Of a stretch of DNA of 64,000 nucleotides, positions 43,401-56,372 are shown in pieces. The notes beneath the pieces are model-generated. The model was not told the origin of the DNA. It searched no databases and saw nothing but the letters and a program-made list of their open reading frames with translations. Positions within the stretch are counted from its first letter, which is position 1. Every line of letters starts with the position of its first letter. Position numbers and translations under genes: made by a program. The stretch comes from Chrysomallon squamiferum (Eukaryota; Animalia; Mollusca), in the NCBI GenBank assembly GCA_012295275.1, contig CM022679.1, forward strand, positions 19,034,001-19,098,000, written 5' to 3'.

Positions 43401-46400
43401 GAGTAAATATCATTGTAGAGATCATTATAAAGAAATTATGAAAAGAAAGATCAAATTATGGTAGTAATAGTGGGTCAGAACTCTCAACCAGTGGAATAAA
43501 GAGAAATCCGAGTTCTCACTACTAGGCCAGTCACTTGACCTTTCTTATCGAAGCTGTAGCTACCCTCCTTCCTACCGCCTTCGCATTTAAAATGTTTTGG
43601 TGTCAAGAACGGATTAAATAAATAATATTTCTTAAATAAATTTAACTCAAAAATCGAACAAACTGAAACTTGATCAGCTTGTTTCACATACTAATTGTGT
43701 TTAAATTCTACTGCAGAAAGGTGTTAATGTTTTTCTTTTAAATTTGGGTTTTTATCTTCAGCAAGCAAATAAACGTTTCATCTTGCATTATACTACCCCT
43801 CTTATAATATAATACCTATCAACTACGATAGTAACAAAACTACACGACAAAACTAAAAGTTATTTAGTCGACTGACACATAGGGCTTCCACCTCTTACGG
43901 AAACAATATTAGCTAGCGAGGACTGCCACATTGTGAAGTGTTTATTGTGAGGGGAAATACAAACAGTTGAGAGATTTGATCATCGCCGATGTTAATCGCT
44001 CTGCAAATATCATACTGACATGTCCAAACTTCATAAACCAAACCCAACCACTGTCTTCATTCCACTGTGAGCAACTTTTAATAAAGGTAATCTGTAAAAC
44101 AAAGAATGATGACGTACGAACGTCAAGAAACAGAATTTTTGGCATGTGAACAAAATAGGGAGACAGGATGCCGCCATGTTTGTTTTTTGGTGGAGTTATG
44201 ATATTAATTTGCTGAGCAATATGGACGCTTGTGTTAATCTTTGAGCGGTGACGTAAATAAAAAAGTAAATATGAGATGACAAACCCACATATGTGTTAGT
44301 GAAACAGAAAGCAAACCAATACATACTCAAAAAATTACTAATTTCATTTCTTTGTGAATTAATTAATCGTTAGTTTCTGTAAGCCCGTGTATCCATGTGG
44401 ATTTGTATACTCTGTAATTCATTCTTTTTATTCAGTGTCTTATGATAAAATAAAAATGAAAGGTGAAGTAGAGGAGACAGAAAGAGGAAGGCTTAGGAGT
44501 GAGAGAAGAACAGTAGAGAGAGAGAGAGAGAGAGAGTAAAACAGAAAGAATTAAAACTGATTTGTTTGCTACCACATTTTAAAGTTCAAGTTTGATGTGA
44601 GTTCCAACTGGTATTTCTTTCACAAAAATTCTCGAACTAGAAACGTAAATGTTTTTACTGTGTTGAAATCAGGAACATAAACAATCAACCGGTGACAGAG
44701 TTCACACAGGTAAGGTTTCATAATTGGCGATAAAACAAAGATTTCTCTTGCCAGTATCAGTCAAGTAATTAAAACAATTTAACGACAAGACGCACTGATC
44801 TAAAAGGTATGCGAGACTCGCGTTGTGACAGGCCAAACTGGCTGTGTATCTTGGCTCTTTTTGTTTCTCACAAACAGCATACTTCTAACACCATTTAGAG
44901 TATCATGGTTTCTTTGTGATTATTTCTTTCTTCTACAGTTACTTTGTTTAGCTAGCTCATTCGTTTACCTAATCAGGCCAAACTAGTGTATTCATGACAT
45001 GGGGCATAGCAGTACATGTTTTGAATAAGTAAATTACCCTCTAGAACCTGAGCGGCCAAACTGCAGTAATATCATGATTCGTCATTAAAAAACCAAGCAG
45101 ATGATTCCTTCCATTTATTTCAACCAATTTTACAAACTGAATAAATTCGTGTTACGAATTATATATTCACTTCAGACCTAGAACTGAACTGCTTCAAGAG
45201 ATCAAAGGATTCAATTTTCTTTATCTGTTTTGAAAATCTTGTTTTAAAATTCTGCATGAAAATAAATTCATGTTTAAAAATAATAAAAAGAAATATAAGT
45301 AAACACTGGCAAAATAAAATGTTAAGTTTTTTATCTCAATCCCCAAATCTCTGAAGTGAGTGTGTTATGTGGTTTGTGCATAAATATGACGCACTGAGCT
45401 ATTGTAAGTAAACATTTCATGATTACACAGCGCATTTGATACGTGATTATATGTAAAGAAGTTTACCCTTCGTGTAGCAAGTATTTTCTTTATGCCAGTA
45501 TCGTCGCTACCGAATACAAGAACAATGAATGTTACTGGTATTTACAAATACAAGAGATTTTGAATATTATTACTCGAAAATAATATCCTGTATTTGTTAT
45601 TTAGGAATACAGCAGTAAGTTGAAATGTGTATGGCTTTATGAGCGCGCGTGCGTATATGTATGCATGCATGGTTTATGTTTCAGAATAATGTACATTTGG
45701 ATGATGTGCGCGCCTAATTTCTAAAAACTCTGAAAAATAAAGAAATATAAATTCTGTATTTATATATACACGTTTATTTATTTATAAATGACTGCTAAAC
45801 TCTTTTTTCTTTATATTTTCTGATAAAGGTTTGTATTTTTGTAATTAATAAAAAAAATGTGGAATAAATTTTATGTTCACACATTTTTCTGAGGTGAGAA
45901 GGTTCACAATGGAAATAAAATTTCTTGTTTATCTTGTTACCAAGACGACTTATCGTGGTGAAATATAAACAATTCAACACTGAATGACATTTTTTTCTTC
46001 TTTTGAGTATAACATTAATAACAATATGCGTAAATGTATTTATTCTCCTTTTTGCAAAACCGATTATTTTTGCATTCCTGTTTTGCTCTTTTTTTAAATA
46101 TCTATTAAAATAGGTAATGTTGTTTGTTGGTATTTCTAAGCGTAAGTACAGATAAAACACACCTGTATAAAAGGTGACAGATTTAATTAAAGTCACTTTA
46201 ATCAAAATAACATTAGTTTCCATTTGAAGCAGTATAATAAATATGCATAGTTTTATATGAAGGTGGCCAAGTGTCCGCCTTTTGATATTTTATCAGTTGT
46301 CGCGGAAAAAAAGAAAAGAAAAAGAGAGAAAACAAGTGTCGCACGGGATTGGGTTTCTAAGGTCAGTGTTAAAAACATGTGTATTTAATTACTTCAAATC

Positions 46401-47098
46401 AGATAACTGTACCTGATACGTTACTTTTCATATGGAAATGTATGAATGAGTAACTATCAACCATACTAGAATATTCTAATCGAAAAATGCATGCGTAATG
46501 ATAATCCACAATGAAAACATTACCAGTTTACAAATAAATCAAAAGTTGCTACGAAAGTTGCGTTAAGGTTAGGAATCTCCTTTCTTTCGTTGTCTGTGAG
46601 GCCATCTGTAACAATAATGGCCATAAACATAATAACACATAAATTATTTCTAATAACAACAGCAATAATAACACCGTCATTATCAACACTAACATAGACA
46701 ACTGAAATTTTACATTATGTTTTTCCTTTCTTGTTAATTATTTTGTTTCTACTGATATCACAACACGTTACTAACATTTGGAATGTCAATCGTTCAATCA
46801 AGTTTCTTTGTTTTTGTCAGAGTAGACATATCATATAAAGTCAGGTAGTATGCATACGGCTTTAGTTTTAAGTGTGTCACTTAAAGTGCTCGGTAAACAT
46901 GAACTAACCTGGATTAGAGTGATTTATTACCTCTTATAATTATTCAGTCCAATTTACATTTCCAGATCTAAGGTACGTGGTATTTTTCCATAAATGACAC
47001 AACACCCCATTTGCCTTAAAACAGAAACGTATTTCTTCGATTGACATGTCGGTTCAAGAGCAAGTTACAACATCAAACATTTTGGAGAAACAGCGAAT

Positions 47099-49413
47099 AT
47101 GAATCGAAAAATTCTTATATACATAGTGTGTGTGTTTTTGGCGAACCTAGGATTTGCTTTATCCGGTGAGTATTGTCTCTCTTTCTAAGTCAGTTATGAA
47201 TAAAGAAGGTGATGAACTTCAGAACAAATGATTAAATACTAAGTTGAAATAAATTATTACAAGTACCTTTTATTCAATTGTTTAAATAACATATCCTGTA
47301 TTTCTATTATTTCTATTGCTTATACTAGATGCTGTAAGTATACTAATAATGTTATTTGTAATTGTAGATCAGTGCTCCAAATTACCCGAGGTACCGCGAG
47401 TAGCTGAGACCGATCCGCCAGGTAAGAACACAATTAATACATTACTCGCCATTTTGTAGCTAACTTGTTAATGTGCAAAGTCATTATTATCATTTGTTCT
47501 GTCCTCGTTATGATTTATTCTTAATTCAGTATAAGGCCTCGACATATTTAACAGGTATGTAGTATGTTCTTTCTTATCACTGTTTTAAATGGGTTTGGTT
47601 TAGGGGGTATGTAACACAAAAAATACCTTTCAGTGAATTTCCACCACGGGTTATTTACATAACAGTCAGTGTCAGTTAAATACGAGTTTACAGTTTCTTT
47701 GTTTTACAAACAACGTATATATCGTCAGTATCAGTATGTTGTTTCAGCCTGACCTCGATGAACAGAACTGTTATTGTCTTCTAATACAGAGCGCACGAAT
47801 ACACGCTGAAACAACATGATACATATACTAATCGACACAATATGCTATTATATGGAATATACGTAATACCTTAGTTTTCTTGGTAAACCCAATGTCCTAC
47901 TTCTCGTTCAGCCACTGCTCCAGAATATAAGTGAGGCCGTAGTATATCCTGTCTTGTCTCTGGATTGGGGCATATAAAAGATTCCTTTGTTATTAATGAA
48001 AAAGTAGCCTCTGAAGATTTTCTTTTTTTGTAAATAAAATGATCTGAGTCTGTCATTTCTCCTCTTTTATTCACTCTGACATATGTACCAATACAGTCTC
48101 TAAAACTTTTTTCAAACAATTCTGAATAAAAAAAGTAAAAAAATTAATAGTTATTATTATCAAGATTTCTTTGATAATTTCAGGTAAAATAATTTTCAGA
48201 TTAGACGCTACAGAAAATGTAACATACACATTAACCACTGTAAAACCTAATTATCTGAAAGAATATTTCCGATGGTATTTGAACACTAATCAGACCCAGT
48301 ATATAATGGAAGTCAACATGACTTTGGATTTAGAAGAAATAAGAGATAAATATGTAAGTTTTAATCTTTTCTGATTCTTAGTAGAGTTTTTAAAATAAAT
48401 CTAATCAAATATGCATGTTATAAAATGTAAGTTAGTAATTAATGGCATATACACTACAAACTGTTGAGAATTATGTGGATAAATGAGCTCAGATATTTAT
48501 TATACCACTGTTCATTCTATTAACTGCTAAGGTAATCAATGAAGAAAAAAAATTATATTAAAGAATTATAAAAGGGAGAAAAAGTAAGAAAAAGTAACGT
48601 AAATTAAGAAAAACAAAATTAATTAATATTTGTTTATTTTAAGGGTGCTAAAGTCGGCTTAGTAACCATCCACATGAAATGTGATGTCGGCAGTCTCCCG
48701 GTTCGTATTCCAGTATTTCTCAGCTGTAGATACAAATCCGCATCCATGTTTGTAACAATGTGTATTAGTATGTTTGTATGCATATGCAGATATATGTACA
48801 TATATATATGTATATGTATGTGTATGTATGTATGCATTTATGTATGTATGTATATATGTATGTATGTATATTTATGTGGTTTTAGGATTTTGAATATTGT
48901 CTGTCTTATGTACGTCTGAATAGACTCTGCACACAGACAATATTCGGCTACGCACTGGCGCAGGAGGACAAAGTCCAGAGAATGTATGTATGTATGTATG
49001 TATGTATGTATGTATGAATGTATGTATGTATATTTGTATATATTAGTGTATGTGTATGTATGTACTTAAGTAAGTATATAGGTATGTATTTATGTAAGAA
49101 GTATGTGTGTATGTATGTATCTGCACGTACTATCTTTTTCTCTTCTTTTTTATTTATTTTTTTAATTTAAAAAAAATATATATATAATTTTGTTTGACGA
49201 CTTATTCATTTATTTATTTATTTAATTGTTGTGTTTTATTTTTGGTTTTTGTTTGTTTCTTAATTCATTTGCTGATTTGTTGAATTGAATATATTTCAGA
49301 GCTCAACATTAGAGGGAGCTATTCAGATAATAGAAAAGAATGAATTTACTCCAGAATTCATTAACGCTCCATATTTTTTGAATGTTAGCGAGGTATTTCA
49401 TAGTTAATTAGTG

Positions 49414-49471
<58 letters not shown>

Positions 49472-52400
49472 TTGTGTGTGTGTGTGTTTGTTATTAGGTC
49501 ACTCTCAATCTCTATATACTCCAACAGCTACCACAACTTTTTTGATGCAGCTACTACAACCACTACTATATTTTACAAATACTACCGCCATTGTCATTAC
49601 GAACGCCTCTATTACTGCTACTACTATTACTACTACTACTCCAAGTTCTATACAACTACTCCTAGTATTAATTATTACAAAGAATGTAATTATAATGATG
49701 ATGATAATGATGTAATAATAGAAATAATAATAATAATAACAGAATTTGATGTGAAGTACCTAATAATATTTTTTTAAATAAAAATGAAATAAATGGAAGA
49801 ATAATCATTTCGTTCTATTGGTGAAGATATGTTTATATTTCAGAGTACGTCAGTCAGTACATCTATCATAAAACTGCGAGATCATGCCTTTGACAGAGAT
49901 GTAAATCTGAGTTTACCTGAGATAAATAAGTTTGACATGGTCCCGTATAACAATAGCACGGTATAAGCAAATTTCTTATTTATTTTCATTTTTCATTTTT
50001 AAATTAATACAACATTAGGACGATATCAGTAATTCGATGGTTTAATTTAATGTAATTTTAAGGAGATATTCACATAAGAAGATATTGTTTAAAACTGTCA
50101 CTGTTTCAAGTAAAATGGTTTCATGGTATTGTTTAATAGTTTAATATACTGGTTTCATAATTTGTATATTCAGGGAAAGGAAATTAAGTATTTCAAAAAT
50201 TTTAAATTAATCAATTTGAAATGCATAAGTATTTATCAGACGAATATTCTGAAAAACAACAGAAGATGTTACTCTGTGTTTTTATTTTGTCAGCTTGACG
50301 GTCGAGGAATGTTTAAAATAGCAAATATACAAGATGGTGTAATTGTCGTACAAAAACCGCTGGACTATGAGCAAATGAAACCAGGATTTAATTTCTACTT
50401 TGTGAATGTCACTGTTGTGGTAAGTAGTCTGAGTTAAAATGGAATACTGAATTAATGAAACAATGAGGAATGAATTAACAAATTTTATTATTTTATGTCA
50501 TATATGCATTAATTTAATATAATGATGACATGAAAAAGAATGGTCTTTGTTCTACAGAATGGCCTACTTACTAACAATGGTTATTTAAGAGTAGCTTCAC
50601 AGGAAAGCATAAACCTCGGCCTCTGATACACACATACCCCAGTGACAGCACAAAGTAATGAACTAAAGAGGGAAACAAACTAAAGGTGATAAAGGGTCAT
50701 AACTTTAAGGATTAAATAAGACGTGTTATCACAATACGTGTCTGATTTGTTATTAAACGACTTCATCGCGGATTTGTCTGCATTATCAGTGCTCTGTTCT
50801 GTTAAACACTTTTTATGAATAATTTGAACAAGATATAAACACATTTTTGAAAGTTATAAATATCTGGGTTTAGTTTAAATGAATTTCAATGTGCAGGGGA
50901 CTAGAACTTTAAAACATATATCTGTACTGACGTTAAGTACCACTCAAGTTTTACACAGCCGCAGACACTCCCTGTTGTATTACTAATACAGTAATATTTA
51001 AAATGTTTAAAATGTATATCAGATGTCAAATGATAATTTTGAAAAACGAAAGATAGTTTGTGATGATGTCATAGAGATCCTGAACAAGTAACATAAAAAT
51101 TTGCCATCCAGGTGGTAACTTTTTCTCCACAGCTGATAATAACAAATGTCTAGTCAGTTTAATCATTTGTAAATGTTATCCATCATTTCAACATTGTCTG
51201 GTTTGTCACTACTCATGTGACGGTTGGAACACTTCCTGATTATGAATTCGGAAAAGCGGTATTCTCTGCTTTTTCTTGTCACTTCAGCACAGAAGAATCA
51301 TTCTGATCATGCATAGTAATTCACAGATTTAAAACTACATCTATAACTTTATATTTTATATTACAAATAAAAATTATTTTCATTTTATTGAAAGAATTTA
51401 AAAATGTGTTAATTATTCAATATAATTTCACTGAAAAAATAATATAGTAGTCAAAGCATTCTTGTTTTATTAACTATGTCAATAATAACAATATTATGAT
51501 TTTAAAAACTTATCTATTTAGTTTTATTAATATCGTAATGGTGTAAGTTAAACTTTTTTTTTAAAGAGAGTTTATTTGTTTAAGTTCTTTAATTTCAATA
51601 ACCTCACATTAAAAGATATTAAAAACTGAAATATATTTTGCTATTACACCATTGATGAAAATGTTTTAGATAACATTGGAATTTCGTTTTATTATTAATT
51701 AAGATATAATCATACCACTCATGGATGTCGATATTTAAACACTGATTAAATCAACAATGCAATACATATTTAGTCTTAGAAATAACTCTGTTTACCGCGT
51801 CTTTCAGGACAGGAAAGGGCTCCAGAATCACACGTGGATTAAGATAACTGTTGTTGACGAGGACGATCAGGATCCTGAGTTCTACACGCCAGACTGTCAG
51901 CTCAACTGTTACACAGCCTACGAGACTGACGCAGAGGACACGTACACGGTTAGTTAAGTTTTACTGATAGACTGACGCTGAGGACACGTACACGGTTAGT
52001 TAAGTTTTACTGATAGACTGACGCAAAGGACATGTACACGGTTAGTTAAGTTTTACTGATAGACTGACGCAGAGGACACGTACACGGTTAGTTAAGTTTT
52101 ACTGATAGACTGACGCTGAGGACACGTACACGGTTAGTTAAGTTTTACTGATAGACTGACGCAAAGGACACGTACACGGTTAGTTAAGTTTTACTGACAG
52201 GTAAATTATCGCCGTACCATTGCAACCATAACACAATTAAAAAGCATACTTTTTCCGTATCTATTTTCTTATATCGTTTAAATTAAGCAGTCAAGTGTAT
52301 GGTCAAAGAAATATTAAAATTTACTTAACAAGTATACTTATAGATATATATTATAAAATCGCGCTTAAAAGGTTTGATTTGTTTAATGATAAGATCTGAA

Positions 52401-52868
52401 ACTGAGGGTAACAAAATTAAATCAAAAATTAATGTTAGAACGACGATACTAGAAAATAATAATATGATGAACAACAACGGCTAAATTATGCTAGCTAAAC
52501 GCTTTGATCTTTATTTTAGATTTAATTCAGAAATATTATTTAACAGATTAATGTTAGTTTTGTTGTTGTTGTGAGGTTTTGTTTGTTTTATTTTTTTATT
52601 TTTTATTTTTTAATTATTTGTATTTATTTTTTTATTTTTTTTTCTTCTTGGGTTTTTTATTTGTTTGTTTTTGTTTATTTAGAATCTGTGTAGATGTTAT
52701 TTCAATTCGTTGTCATTTCAGGGGACACTGAAAAATCTTAGTCCATATAGTATCATGGCCAGAGACAGAGATAGCCTGAATTATACAATTAAATTTCTGC
52801 TGAAAGGAGGTAAATTATCTTACTTACTTTCTAGTTTGAATACATACATACAAGCATAGATACATACA

Positions 52869-52932
<64 letters not shown>

Positions 52933-55013
52933 CATATATACTTACATACATACATACATACATATACTCACACACAGAGAAACAAAATGTAGCTTATTTA
53001 CATTGTTTCGTTATATATTTGTGTGTTACTTAAGTTTATTATGCTTGTGTTTGTTTTAATTTTATTATTTTATTTATTTATGTACTTCCTAACAGTATTT
53101 AGTTTATATATGTATCGTAAGCTTGGATACTCCAAAACCGTAAGGTTTTTTAAATCTTTAAATATCTCGTTTCTAATTTCGTATTTGTTTATTTATGTTT
53201 GTTTTAATTAGTGTTTTTCTTCTTATTTTGTTGTTACTGTTGTTACTTTTTTTCTTTCTTTTTTTCAATTATTAATAACATTATTCCTATATTTGACAGT
53301 AATTTAAATGACATTTTTCTAAATCATAAATTAACTGTACGTCTGATTCATAAATATATACAAACCATACACATCAATACACGCATGCACGCACTCTCAC
53401 ACACATATATACAGAAATGCACACGAGTGTCCGAATGATTAATAAAATGTCTTAAGCATTAAAGAATTTAAAACAAAGAAAATACCACTAAGACTGAGTC
53501 CTCCGATGTATGCATTTTAATTTGGTCTTTTCTTTTTCTTCTTTTTACTCATACAGTTTCTATAGAGAAAGTTACATAATGTACATTTGTTACTAAACAA
53601 TTAAATATTTAGTTATTATTAGATAATTATTTATAATATTATTGATGTTTGTTTTAATTAAATTAAATTTAATTACGCAATGGTTAACGTCATATAAAAC
53701 AGAAATACTAATTTTCCTCTTTATACTTTATAGGAATATAATTTGTTTTTCCATTTTCACAAATAAAATAGTTTAGTGCTTTTGTATGTAAACATGTATT
53801 TATTCCTTAATATTTTTTACAGCTATCCCTTCTTCAGCAACAAATTATTTCACTATTGATCCAAACTCCGGTGTGGTTACAGTACTAAAGGCTTTGAAAA
53901 ATACTGATGAATCAGTAGCATCTATAGTTTTATTCATTGAGGTACGTAAATAAAATAAATAAATAAATAAATATGTTCTCATGTTTTGGTATTTATATTT
54001 AAAATCTATTTTGATATTCTAAATATAATCTTAATATATTTAATTATAGTTCTCTATCTTTGCTGATAACAATATTTATTAATAAAATATGATAGTAAAA
54101 TCGAGTAAAGGCTGACATTACTTTTTTCTCCTTCTTCTTCTTGTTCTTTTTATGACTCATTTGTTTGTTTGTTGTTGTTTTTTATTTTTTTTTTTTTTCA
54201 TAGAAACAGAAAAATATCTTACAGTATTAATCAGTCATTTCAAACTTTCCTAATCTCACTTTATAAGATGTATAATATTTTTTTTTTCTATTCTATAAGG
54301 CATGATAACATTCAAAATGAGCAACTTATTATTTAACTTTAAAAAACAACAACATATTATTAGGAAAAACAGACCATTAAAATAACTTAGAATTTTAAAA
54401 CTTTATTTAAATTTTCTGTCTTTAACAGGCTCGCGAAGTTTCCCCTTCAAAGAGGTCTACAACGACAACTCTACGAGTGAATATTCTTGGCCGATCTACG
54501 ACATCATCACCTGAACCCAGCACATCAGCTTCTCAACAACATCTAGACGACAAAACCTTGCTGTTGGTCTTAATAGTTCTGGCTGCTGTTCTTTTCATCG
54601 TTATAGTCGCCATGGTAATCAGTCTGTTTTGTTTCAAGAAGAAATACAAACGCTCTGTAGCTCCTGAAGACTCACCATCAGTCAGCGAAGCCTCCACTGA
54701 CCTGGACGAGCTCTCCGTCGACCAATGGCCTGTGCCGTACAACAGCGGGAAAATGGAAACATTCCGTCCTCAGTTTGATAAAACGGCTTTGAAAGACTCG
54801 GCTACTGAGACTGATGAGGCTAAGAAAAGAAGACAAAGAAGTCGCAAGACGAACAAGGAGCCGGGGATATTTGATGGCACGCGACAATTCGAAGGTGTTG
54901 CAGATCTCGCATTTTTCACACAAAAAAACAAGAAGAAAATCAAACTGTCTTCACGTAGTCGTGATCACAACACTGATCCGAAATACTGGATAACTGTTGA
55001 CAACGATTATTAA
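47099..55013 (+). CDS. Short single-pass cadherin-related protein (Cad99C/PCDH15/CDHR5-like), ~538 aa, about 3 EC repeats
   Basis: Exons 47099-47165, 47368-47421, 48184-48353, 48644-48700, 49300-49392, 49844-49960, 50294-50419, 51808-51948, 52722-52809, 53823-53941, 54429-55013 (1617 nt, in frame). Signal peptide MNRKILIYIVCVFLANLGFALS; cadherin motifs VAETDPPG, LDLE, EKNEFTPEF, AFDRD, LDYE, DEDDQDPEF, ARDRD, FTIDPNSGVV; TM LLLVLIVLAAVLFIVIVAMVISLFCF followed by KKKYKR. Confidence 0.9.
47880..48062 (+). mobile_element. Degenerate SINE-like interspersed repeat (resembles gastropod Nin/Deu-domain-type SINE)
   Basis: TTCTCGTTCAGCCACTGCTCCA...GGCCGTAGTAT...GCATATAAAAGATTCCTTTG...AAAGTAGCC...TAAATAAAATG matches a gastropod repeat recalled from memory. 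It is related to the reverse complement of 20630-20785. Family assignment not verified. Confidence 0.5.
50555..50640 (-). mobile_element. Possible third, highly eroded copy of the same SINE
   Basis: ATGGCCTACT...ACAGGAAAGCATAAACCTCGGCCTCTGATACAC parallels the 20680-20760 copy. Confidence 0.25.
51923..52198 (+). repeat. Tandem array, 6 x 46 bp, spanning the cadherin exon 8/intron 8 junction
   Basis: Unit AGACTGACGC(A/T)(G/A)AGGACA(C/T)GTACACG|GTTAGTTAAGTTTTACTGAT starting at 51923, 51969, 52015, 52061, 52107, 52153. Confidence 0.95.
52841..52966. repeat. (TACA)n/(TA)n microsatellite
   Basis: Direct inspection. Confidence 0.9.
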
Positions 55014-56339
55014 TGTGGTCAAAAGTTACCGTGCTAAAAGTATATTTATTGTTCCAATGACTAGAGGATGTACAGTTGATATATAGTCAATGAAATACAT
55101 CAAACCGTAATTTTAATATTACAAAAATATAAACACACGCATTGGAAATTATATATATGGAACAGCTTTTCTTGATATATGCATTATTTGTAAAAGAAAA
55201 TATGTCCTTGTTTTTTTGTTTTTTTGTTAGTAATATCTAAATTATAATTTGATTTGATTTCTTTTGCCAGTGACGATATTTTTGCGCAACAGACGTTAGC
55301 GTTGACTGCTAATGTTTCATAACTGTGATATAACTTAATACATGCATTATGTCCAGTGGATTACTCTTAGTATTGATTATTGATTTGTTTGATACATGTA
55401 CAGCATGACATTTGTAAGCAAAAATGGACAACAGATTCAGTGTCAGACTGGAATTCTTTTCTCGTTAGATTAAACATTCGATAGTACATTTAGAAAGAGA
55501 AAATAAATACTGCTTCATTTCTTTTTGGTTAACATTAGTCTGCCTGGTAAATTAAAAGTCTTCATTTATTTGAATATACTCACAAGAAAAATATGTGCAT
55601 GCTTACATACATACATACAAACATAAATACACAAACACGTGTATAAATTACTAAAATTTTGCAGCAATGATAAACATCTAATATTTCCTGTAAGGAAACT
55701 TAACGTAATAAAGTTAAACAAATATTCATTATTCAGATTTTAAAAATAATTTAATTTATTATTTTATCACAAAATGAAAGAAAATAATTAATCAAAGCCG
55801 GATTCTGTTTATTGTTACATTTTGCCTTTGCTTAAATATCGTATGCCTTGTGTACATATATTTATGGGTGCAAACATATACAAACATACATACATACATA
55901 TATACAGTACATACATACATATACACATACATATTGTGATTTCCGTCCCAAAATTTAAATTTGTGTGCATATATTTTTTCCTTGTATATAAAGGTAACAG
56001 CCTCAGTAACACTTTGTAATCATAACGTCTTGTGTTTATGACTTTCTGTGTTTAATATTTCTTGCATTATTATTATGATTGTTTTATAACTTCTAATCTT
56101 TATGACATCTTGTATTAGGAATAAAGTTCTGACTTTGCTCTTTCGAGGTGACTCATCTCTTTGTGTGTTGTTTGAAAGATGATTTTGTTTGAGATACCAG
56201 TTTAATCTCACTGCAGTCAGCCAGTACGAAATCAGTTCCAGTCAGCGGTATGGAAACGTTTATTTATTTTTTTATTTTTATTTTTTTTTATTTCTTCTTC
56301 TTCTTCTTCTTTTTCTTCTTCTTCTTCTTATTATTATTA

Positions 56340-56372
<33 letters not shown>

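Noticed and set aside
43942-44190. Short ORFs and a YY1-like GCCGCCATGTTT motif in the intergenic region
   Set aside because: Single motif and short ORFs without corroboration; cannot call a gene or promoter.
46821-47023. Possible tiny 5'UTR exons of the cadherin (e.g. CAG|ATCTAAG|GTACGT)
   Set aside because: Splice-like dinucleotides only; untestable without transcripts.
51923-52198. CRISPR-like array
   Set aside because: No unique spacers, eukaryotic context, no cas genes; it is a simple tandem repeat.
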